A DNA stretch of 64,000 nt from an uncultured Candidatus Rokubacteria bacterium (GTDB lineage Bacteria > Methylomirabilota > Methylomirabilia > Rokubacteriales > CSP1-6). The stretch spans positions 32,001-96,000 of the forward strand of contig CAWBMV010000013.1 in assembly GCA_963789955.1 (NCBI GenBank), given 5' to 3'. The notes under the pieces are model-generated. The model had not been told where the DNA came from and ran no database searches. It saw only the letters and a list, made by a program, of their open reading frames with translations. Position 1 is the first letter of the stretch. Every line of letters begins with the position of its first letter. The position numbers were made by a program, and so were the translations under genes. Of the stretch, positions 52,880-61,900 are shown piece by piece.

Positions 52880-53661
52880 AGTGGTGCCGATTCCAGTCCG
52901 GGAAAACCGTCGCGTACGGGATCATCGACGGCACGACGGTGACCGAGGTCACCGGGAGCCCGTTCGACAGCTATGCGAAGACGTCGAACACGAGCATGCT
53001 GAGCCGGGTCAAGCTGCTGGTCCCGGTGATTCCGCCGACGTTCTACGCGGCCGGCGTCAACTATCGCGAGCACGTCACCGAGATGGCCCAGCGCCGCGGG
53101 CGTGAAGCCGGAGTTTCCGCCGGCCGCCGACGTCGGCTACCGCGCCAACAACGCGCTGGTGGCGCACCGACGAGCCGATCGTGATTCCGAAGGACGCGAC
53201 GGATCAGGTCCAGTACGAAGGCGAGCTGGTGGTGGTGATCGGCAAGCGCTGCAAGAAGGTGTCGGAGGCCGAGGCGCTCGACTACGTCTTCGGCTACACG
53301 CATCGGCAACGACGTGAGCGAGCGCACGTGGCAGCGCGGCGACCGCACGTTCTGGCGCGGCAAGAACACCGACAGCTTCAAGCCGATGGGGCCGTGGATC
53401 GTCACCGGACTCAATCCCGACGACCTGCGCGTCACGATCCGGCTGAACGGCAAGGAGATGTTCACCTACGCCGTGAAGGACGCGATCTTCGGCGTGCGCC
53501 AGTTCATCAGCCGGATGAGCCAGTACCTGACGCTCTATCCCGGCGACGTGCTGTGGATGGGCACCGACGGCGCCACCGAGAACATGAAGGACGGCGACCT
53601 GGTCGAGGTCGAGGTGCCGGAGATCGGCGTGCTCCGCAACCCGGTCGTGAGAGAACACTGA
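52876..53661 (+). CDS. Fumarylacetoacetate hydrolase family protein; frameshifted
   Basis: AGVNYREH, YEGELVVVIGK, GNDVSER.WQ, GKNTDSF.PMGP, TLYPGDVLWMGT. Confidence 0.9.
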
Positions 53662-54525
53662 TCGCGGACCACGCGTTCCCGATCGTCAGGCGCCCGCCGC
53701 CGGGCACGCGCACCCCGGTGCTCGTCAGCGTGCCGCACTACGGCACGGAGCCCCTGCCCCACATCACGCGCGACCACTACAGCGAGCCCTGGTTCGAGAC
53801 GTTCGCCTACGGATTCGCCGACACCTTCGTCGGTGATCTGTACGGCGACCTGCACGAGCACGGCGCCACCGTGCTCGCCACGCCGTTCTCGCGCATGTTC
53901 GTCGACGTCAACCGGCGTCGTGACGACTTCGAGCACCATGACGGCGAGGTGCGCTCCCGGCGCGGCGTGGTCCGCACGCACACGATGCGCGAGGCGCCGA
54001 TCTTCCGGCAGCCGCTCGGCCTCGTCGATCTCGAGCAGCCGGCTCTGCGCGCTGTACGACCCGTACTACGCGACCCTGGATCGCCTGCTCGGCGAGCTCC
54101 ACCAGCACTACGGCTACGCGCTGCTCCTGGATGGCCACACCGGGAGCCCGCGGCGGATGAAGGACCACCAGGTGATCATCGGCACGCGACACGACACGAC
54201 GTGCGCCCGCGAGCTCGCGTCGACCGTGGCCGCCATCTTCACCCGCCACGGCTTCGAGGTGCACGACAACGTCAGCGGCTACGCCGGCGGCAACATCGTG
54301 ACGACCTACGGCCAGCCCGGGACGCGGCGCGTTCACGCGCTGCAGCTCGAGGTCAACGCCTCGCTCCTGATGACGACGGGCCGCGAGGAGTTCATCGCCC
54401 AGGTCTCGCGCGGCGAGATTCCCGAGAAATCCGAGGCCAACATCGCCCGCGTGCGCGCGTGCCTGCGCGAGGTGCTGACCGCCCTGCCCGCCGTCCTCGC
54501 GACCGTCTGCGAGCCCTCGGCATGA
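53658..54525 (+). CDS. N-formylglutamate amidohydrolase family protein; frameshift ~54040, start approximate
   Basis: LVSVPHYG, SRMFVDVNR, LLDGHT, YAGGNI, HALQLEVN. Confidence 0.85.
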
Positions 54526-55142
54526 GCCGGCTCTTCCTGATCCGCCACGGCGAGACCGAGGGCAACGCGCTCCGGATCGTCCAGCACCCGCACATCCCGC
54601 TCTCGCCCCGCGGCCTCGTCCAGGCGGAGCGACTGGCGCGCCGACTCGCCGCCGAGGGGATCGCGCACATCGTGTCGAGCGACTACGCGCGCGCCGTGAC
54701 GACGGCCGAGCATCTCCAGCGCGCGACCGGCGCGCCCCTCGTCATCGAGCCGTTGCTCCGGGAGCGGAACTTCGGCGATCTCCGCGGCCGGCCCTACGCG
54801 GAGCTCGGCTTCGACATGTTCGAGCCGGACTACGCGCCGCCGAACGGCGAGACGTGGCCGATGTTCCACGATCGCGTCGATCGGGCGTGGACTCGCGTGC
54901 AGGAGCTGGCGGCGGCGACGACCGGCGGCAGCCTGGCCGTGGTGACGCACGGCCTCGTGTGCCGGTCGCTCGCGGCGCGCCACCTGATCCTCGCCGACGG
55001 TGAGGCGGCGCCCGAGCGCTGGGAGAACACGTCGCTGACGATCGTCGACTGGCCGGCGCCGTGGCGGGTGCGCCTGCTGAACTGTATCGCCCACCTCGAC
55101 GGCCTCGACGCCGCGCCGCGCGCCGACTCGGGCGCGGCCTAG
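54522..55142 (+). CDS. Histidine phosphatase (phosphoglycerate mutase) family protein
   Basis: ATGA overlap; LIRHGET, SSDYARA, LRERNFG, VVTHG. Confidence 0.9.
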   Translation: MSRLFLIRHGETEGNALRIVQHPHIPLSPRGLVQAERLARRLAAEGIAHIVSSDYARAVTTAEHLQRATGAPLVIEPLLRERNFGDLRGRPYAELGFDMFEPDYAPPNGETWPMFHDRVDRAWTRVQELAAATTGGSLAVVTHGLVCRSLAARHLILADGEAAPERWENTSLTIVDWPAPWRVRLLNCIAHLDGLDAAPRADSGAA

Positions 55143-55158
55143 ACTCGCTCGCGGCCCC

Positions 55159-55875
55159 CTACCAGCGCGCCGACAACCCCAGGACGGCGAAATGTGTGTC
55201 GAGATTGAAGTGGACCGGCGTCTGCTTGAGGGTCGCCGAGTCGCGCAAGTCCACCGACACCTCGGAGTGCATGTAGCGATACTCGGCGAAGACCATGAGG
55301 CTCGGCGCGACCTGGAACGCGATCCCGCCTCCGACCTTGTAGCCGACCGTGTAGTCGCTGTCGCCGTCCTGGTTGCGGAACTGAGCCGTCGTTCGCGGGG
55401 TGACCGTGGTCTGGGAGAACGGCACGCCCGCGGTGATGTACGGCTGGATCGCGCCCCACGGCGCCTTGTCCGACTTCAGGAGCGGCAGCCGAAGCAAGAC
55501 GTCCAGCGAGACCGTGATGACGTCCACGTCGATCCGGCCGGTCGTGCCGCCCTGGCCTCCGCTGCACCCGCCTGACGGGACGCATCCGTCGATGTGGAGC
55601 TGTTGCGGGCCGATTGTCGGCATGAAGGTCGACAGGTCGACACCGAAGCCGAGAAAGGGCGCGGCGTCCAGGTAGCGACCGAAGCGGCCGCCGATGATGA
55701 ACGCGCGATCGAACTCGGTGTCTCGATAGATGCTGAGGCCGCTCGGGCTGTGCACGGTCATGTCGTCCTTCAAGGTGAAGCTCTGGCCGACGTACGCGTC
55801 GGCAAACCACTCGGCCGACGCGGGGCCGGCCGTCAAGAGCAGGCACATGGCGATCACATAGATCACGAGCTTCAT
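55159..55875 (-). CDS. Outer membrane beta-barrel protein (OmpA/OmpW-like)
   Basis: Signal peptide (PASA/EW), amphipathic strands, QPYITAG, FAEYRY, C-terminal Trp. Confidence 0.82.
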   Translation of the reverse strand: MKLVIYVIAMCLLLTAGPASAEWFADAYVGQSFTLKDDMTVHSPSGLSIYRDTEFDRAFIIGGRFGRYLDAAPFLGFGVDLSTFMPTIGPQQLHIDGCVPSGGCSGGQGGTTGRIDVDVITVSLDVLLRLPLLKSDKAPWGAIQPYITAGVPFSQTTVTPRTTAQFRNQDGDSDYTVGYKVGGGIAFQVAPSLMVFAEYRYMHSEVSVDLRDSATLKQTPVHFNLDTHFAVLGLSARW

Positions 55876-55884
55876 GGTGGTGGC

Positions 55885-56764
55885 CTAGGCCTGAGCGGTC
55901 GTGGCCGCGGTGCCCGCGACCGTGGTCCGGCGCATATCGCGCGGCTGGCTCTCGTCGTAGCGCCGCACGCGATGCATCATCTGGCGGTTGTCCCACATGA
56001 CCAGATCGCCCACGCGCCACTGGTGGACGTAGACGAACCTCGGCTGCGTGGCGTGCTCGTTCAGGTCTCGCAGCAGGATGCGGGCCTCCGGCATCGGCAT
56101 GCCCAGGATGGCGCCGGCGTGCGACGAGAGATAGAGCGACTTGCGGCCGCTCACCGGATGCGTGCGCACGAGCCGCTGGCGGACCGGTCTGAACATCGCC
56201 CGCTCGTCCTCCGAAAAGTCGAGCATACCGAGCGATCCGCGCGAGTACATGAGCGAATGCTCGCAGATGAGGTCCTCGATCTGCGCCTTGGTGGCCGCGT
56301 CGAGCGTGTCGTGGGCCGCCCGCATGTCGGCGAACTCGGTGTTGCCGCCGATCGGATTCACGACGCGGGCCGACAGGAGCGAATACTTCGCCGGGATCGG
56401 CCGGAACGAGCTGTCGGAGTGCCAGAGCATGTTGCCGAGATTGAACAGGCGCGCGCGCGAGTCGCGCGGCAGCGGCTGCCCGTCGCGACCGAGATTCGAC
56501 ACGTCGTTCATGCCGGTCTGCAGGCGCTTGTCCTCGGGCTTGGTGATGTTGCCGCCGCGGGCGTCTTCGAGCGCGCCGAAGTTGCGGCTGAACGCCATCT
56601 GCTGCTCGTCGGTGATCTTCTGGTCGTGGAACACGAGCACCGCGTAGCGATCCATCCCCGCCTCGATCCGCCGCCACCTCGTCGGGGGTGAGCGGCCTGC
56701 CGATGTCGACGCCGGACACTTCACCCACGAACACGGGATGGATCTGGCGGATGGACAGGCTCAT
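55885..56764 (-). CDS. TfdA-like Fe(II)/2-oxoglutarate dioxygenase; frameshift ~56675
   Basis: HPVFVGEVSGVD, NMLWHSDSSF, YSLLSA, GGNTEFADMRAA, LVRTHPVSGRKSL, EHATQ, MWDNR..MHR; motifs as I recall them from TfdA. Confidence 0.88.
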
Positions 56765-56822
56765 GGGCTCAAGTCTATCGTACCCCGGCTCGCTGACACG
56801 CCTGGTATGGGCTTCTCGAACT

Positions 56823-57013
56823 CGGCGGGAGTCGCCGACTACTGGGTCGTGAACCTCATCGAGGAGGTGCTGGAGGTCTATCGAGAGCCGGTACTCGCCC
56901 CGTCTGCCTTCGAGTGGAAGTACGACTCGGTCCGTCTGCTCCGCCGCAACGCGATCATCACGCCGCTGGGCGCGCCCCGGGCCCGTATCCGCGTCGCCGC
57001 ACTGCTACCGTGA
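56823..57013 (+). pseudogene. Uma2-family endonuclease relic, C-terminal third only
   Basis: AGVADYWVVNL.EEVLEVYREP...TPLGAPRARIRVAALLP*; N-terminal part absent. Confidence 0.8.
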
Positions 57014-57020
57014 GGGTTCT

Positions 57021-58582
57021 CTACCGCAGGCCACGCACGCTCCAGATCGGCACCGGCCGGGCGAGCCCCTTCAGGGCGATCGGCCCCACGTCGTCGGCCT
57101 CGACGAGGCTCTCGACCGCCCCGGCGACCCGGGCCGAGATCAGGATCTGCCCGCCGGCGGCCTCGCCGCAGAGGCGCGCCGCGAGGTTCGTGACCGTCCC
57201 GATCGCGCCGTAGTCCATGCGGCCCTCGAAGCCGATGGCGCCGATGGTGGCGTAGCCCTGGGCGATGCCGACGCCGAGCGCCAGATCCCAGCCGCGCTTG
57301 CGCCAGCGCGCGGCGAGCCCGCCGACCACGTCGCGCATCGCGACGGCCATGCGAATCGCGCGCTCGGCCGGGTTCGGGACCTCGACCGGGTCGTTGAAGA
57401 AGATCATCATCCCGTCGCCGGTGAAGCGCTCGAGCGTGCCCTCGTGCTCCAGGATCAGGCGGCCCATCTCCGCGTGGTACTCGCGCAGCACGCCCATGAC
57501 CTCCTCGGGCTCGGCCGTCTCGGCGAACGCGGTGAAGCCGCGAAGGTCGAGGAAGACGACGGTCACCTCGCGGCGATGCGTCTTCAGGGGATCGTCGGCG
57601 CCGCCGGCCACGATGAGCTCGGCGAGCTGCGGCGAGAAGAAGCGCTTGAGCCGGCCCGAGGCGCTCGAGCTGCGCGACCTGCTCGGCGACGCGCCGCTCC
57701 AGCGTCTGATTCCACTCGGCCAGCTCTTGCCGATGGCGCGTCTCCTGATCGTGAAGCCGTTTCTTCTCCAGGCACGCGCCGACTGCGCGCCTGCAGCAGC
57801 ACGGGATCGAACGGCTTGCCGAGGTAGTCCTCGGCGCCGAGCTGGATGCAGCGCACCACGCTCTCCAGCTCGTCGAGCGCCGAGATCATGAGCACGGGGA
57901 TGTCTCGCAGCGCTCGGGTCGGCCTTCAGCCGTTGGAGCACGGCGTAGCCGTCGAGATCGGGCATCATCACGTCGAGCAGCACCAGGTCGACCGGGCGCG
58001 CGGCAGCGTCTCGAGCGCGGCGAGCCCCCCGGCGACGCTTGAGGACGTCGTAGCCCTGGCGCGCCAGGCGGCGCGCCAGCATGTCGCGGTTCTCCTCGTT
58101 GTCGTCCACGACCAGGATGACGGGACGGCTCGGCGGCGCCGGGCTCGACGATCGGACCCAGGGCCGGCGCTCTGCCGGAGCGCGCTCGCGCTCTGGCGCG
58201 ACGCCGCCGTGGTGCAGGAGCTCGGCGAGCCGGTCGGCAGCGGTACGGATGCGCTCCAGATCGGGAAGCAAGGCTGTCGGCGTTCGTGCTCGATGCCTGC
58301 CGATGCAAGGCGTCTCCGGCCGAGCGGATGCGCTCGAGCGGCGCGCTCAGGCTGCCGCGAGCCGCCGCGAGGTCAGGCGGCCCGGCGTGCCCGCGCGCCA
58401 GCACCTCGTTCAGCAAGGTCAGCAGCTGCCGCGCGTCGGTGCGGAGCGTCGGCGAGCCCCGCGCCGAGCTCGGGCTTGCCGCTGTCGGCGAGCTCCTCGA
58501 TCAGCAGCTCGGTGTAGCCGATGATGTGGTTCAGCGGCGTGCGCAGCTCGTGGCGAAGCTGCGCGGCCGGATCGATGCTCAC
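57021..58582 (-). CDS. HisKA-like + receiver + class III adenylate/guanylate cyclase protein; frameshifted
   Basis: [69 protein letters not shown]. Confidence 0.85.
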
Positions 58583-58956
58583 GCGCCGGCTGCCCGCCCG
58601 AGCAGCGCCTCGATCTTCTCGACCAGCCGCGTGAAGTCGACGGGCTTGGTGTCGTAGTCGTCGCAGCCGGCGCCGATGGCCTTCTCGCGGTCGCCCGCCA
58701 TCGCGTGCGCCGTGAGCGCGATCACCGGAATGGCTCGCGTCTCGGGCGCCGCCTTGATCTGGCGCGTCGCTTCCCAGCCGTCGAGGCCCGGCAGGCTCAT
58801 GTCCATCAGGATCAGCTCCGGCGTCTCGGAGCGCGCCATCGCGACGCCCTGCTCGCCGTCGACGGCGATGGCCACCTCGTAGCCGCGCCGGGCGAGACGG
58901 CGGGACAGCATGTCCCGGTTCATCTCGTTGTCTTCGACGAGGAGGATCTTGGCCAT
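58579..58956 (-). CDS. Single-domain response regulator (DivK/CheY-like)
   Basis: KILLVEDN, ILMDMSLP, ALTAHAM.GDREKA, DTKPVD. Confidence 0.93.
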   Translation of the reverse strand: MAKILLVEDNEMNRDMLSRRLARRGYEVAIAVDGEQGVAMARSETPELILMDMSLPGLDGWEATRQIKAAPETRAIPVIALTAHAMAGDREKAIGAGCDDYDTKPVDFTRLVEKIEALLGRAAGA

Positions 58957-61900
58957 CAGGCTTTCGGTCTGCGACGGGCCACGCTGCTGCCACCAGCTCG
59001 CGTACCTCGCCCAGCAGCTCATCGCGGCCAGGCGCGCCTTTCTGGAGGATCTTCTGGACGTAGCCGTTGAGCCGCTCACGGTCGTCGCGCGAGAGGTCCT
59101 TGGCGGTGATGACCACGATCGGAATCGTCCGCCATGCCTCGTGGCGTCGGAACTCGGCGACGAACTCGAAGCCGTCCATCTCCGGCATCATCAGGTCGAG
59201 CAGGATGACGCTCGGCGACACGCCGCGCAGGCGCTCGAGCGCGACCCGGCCGTTCTCGGCTTCGACGACGGTGTAGCCCTCGGGCTCGAGCATGCGCCGG
59301 AGGAGCTGACGGAGCGCGACGTCGTCGTCGACGACCAGCACCGGGTGATCGCGACGATGCGCCCGGAGCACCGTCAGCAGGCGGTCGCGATCGATCGGCT
59401 TGGTCAGGTAGTCGGCGGCGCCGAGCGCGTAGCCCAGGTTCTTGTCGTCGACGATCGTCAGCATGATGACCGGGATGTCGGCGACGGCGGGATCGGCCTT
59501 GAGCGCGGTCAGCACCGCCCAGCCGTCCAGCCCGGGCATCATCACGTCGAGCGTGATCGCGTCCGGCCTGAGCTCCCGGGCCAGCCGCAGCCCCTCCTCG
59601 CCGCCGGCCGCCACCACGACACGGAATCCTTCCTTCGAAAGATAGCGCTGCATCAGATCGCGAATCGCGGCCTCGTCGTCGATCACGAGCACCGTGCCGA
59701 TCGTCGGCGTCGCGTGTGCCGGCAGGGCCGGCGGCGGCGGCGCCGGCTCCGGCGCTTCGGCCACGACCGCGGGCAGCCGAATCGTGAACGTGCTGCCCCG
59801 GCCCGGACTCGCTCTCGACCGTGATGTCGCCGCCCATCATCCGGCAGAAGCGCCGACTGATCGCGAGCCCGAGCCCGGTGCCGCCGTACCTCCGCGTCGT
59901 CGACGCATCGGCCTGCGAGAACGCCTCGAACAGCCGCGCGATCTGCTCGGACGTCATGCCGATGCCGGTGTCGCTGACGCTGAAGCGCAGCCAGTCCTGA
60001 TCCTCGCTGGCCTCGCGGCCGACCGCCAGCGTGACGGTGCCGTGCTCGGTGAACTTGCACGCGTTGCTCAGCAGGTTGAAGAGCGCCTGGCGCACCTTCG
60101 TCAGGTCGGCGCGCATCGTGCCGGTCGTCTCCGGACAGGCGATCTCCAGGCGGTTCGCGTTCTTCTCGACGAGCGGCTGGATCACCGCGGCGACGTCCCG
60201 GACCAGGCGTGGCGACGTCGAACGTCTCGAGATACAGCTCCATCTTGCCGGCCTCGATCTTGGAGAGATCGAGCATGTCGTTGATGAGCTCCAGCAGATG
60301 CTTGCCGGCCGCGTTGATCTTCTTGAGATCGTCCGTGAACTGCTCGTCGCCGAGATCGGCGGCGTCCTCCTGGAGCATCTCGCTGTAGCCGATGATCGCG
60401 TTGAGCGGCGTGCGCAGCTCGTGGGACATGTTGGCCAGGAACTCGGACTTGTGCCGGTCGGCCACTTCGAGCTGGCGGCTCTTGTCCTCGATCTCGCGGA
60501 ACAGGCGCGCGTTCTGGATGGCCACGGCCGATTGAGCCGCAAACGTCTTGAGAAGGCCGAGGACCTCCGGAGAGAACTCGCCGGGCGCTTTCCGGTTGAC
60601 GTTGAGTCCGCCGATCAGATGACCCTCGCGAAGGAGCGGAACGCCCAGGAGCGCCCGTGTTCCCGTCCGCAACAGCACGTCGCGGAGTGGACCGTCGTAG
60701 GCGCCCGGCGCGGCGATGTCGGAGATCTGGACCGGCTCGTGTGTCACGGCCATGCGTCCGGCGATGCCTTCGCCCCGCCGGATCGGCAGCTGCCGGGCCA
60801 CGGCGACGACCTCCTCGTCGAGATTGTGGGTGGCGCGGAAGACGAACTCCTCGGCCCGCTCGTCGTATTCGTAGACGGTGCACGCATCGGTGCCGGCCAG
60901 CTGATTAGCTCGGGAGACGATGGTGTTCAGCACGGTCTCGAGATTGAGGGTGGAGCTGAGGGCCTGGCTGACCTCGCCGAGCGCCTGGAGCTCCTGGACC
61001 GAACGAGTGAGCTGGTCCGTACGCGCCTGTAGCTCGGTGAGCAGCCGCGCGTTCTCGATGGCGATTGCCGCCTGGTCCGCGAAGGTCTCCATCAGGGCGA
61101 TGTGGCTGTTGGCGAAGGGCAGCACTTCGTGCCGATAGATGACGATCACTCCGAGCAGGTCGCCGGCCCGAAGCATGGGGATCGCGAGCACGGTCCGGAC
61201 GTTTTCGAGCTGAACGACTCCGTAGGTATATTCGGGCTCCGTTTGCGCGTCGAGGATATGGACCGTACGCCGTGCGTGAGCGGCGCGTGCCGCGGCGCTG
61301 CCACGTCCGGGAGCCAGCGGATTTCGTTCGATGAAAGTTTTGCTCTCTTCGGGGACATTGTTCGCCGCCACGATTCTGAGTAGCCGACCGTCGAAGCGGT
61401 AGATGATCGCGCGTTCCGCCTCGCAGAGTCGAACCGCGTTCTCGGCCAGGATCTCGAACACCGGCTGTAGATCGAACGTCGACCGCCCGATCACCTTGAG
61501 GAGCTCGCTGGTCGCCGTCTGCTGCTCGAGCGCGACGCGCAGCTCGCTGTTGCGCGCCTCCAGCTCCGTGAACAGGCGGACGTTCTCGACGGCGATCACC
61601 GCCTGGTCGGCGAACGTCCGCAGCAATTCCACGTGCTTGGCCGAGAACTCGCCGGGCTCTGAGCGGGCAACGGCGATGGCCCCGATGGGCGCCGCTTCGC
61701 GAAGCATGGGAACCACCAGGATGCTGCGATAGCCCAGGGCCCGGGCGAGCGGAACCGACGGCGCCGGAACGTCCCGGTCGGTCTCGAAGTCGCGCACCTG
61801 AACGACGGTGCGCTCCAGGATCGCCGCCGAGACCTGAGTGTCCCGGCTGGGAGTCCTCGGATACACCGCCCGAACAGTTTCCAGGCCCTCTTCCGTCCAG

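Noticed and set aside
53181..55142. Apparent 653-aa FAH / formylglutamate hydrolase / phosphatase fusion
   Set aside because: Chimeric frame produced by frameshifts; separate stops and starts are present (53661 and the 54522-54525 ATGA overlap)
58373..59764. REC-REC-HisKA ORF as a separate protein
   Set aside because: It is the kinase C-terminus read through an indel into downstream genes
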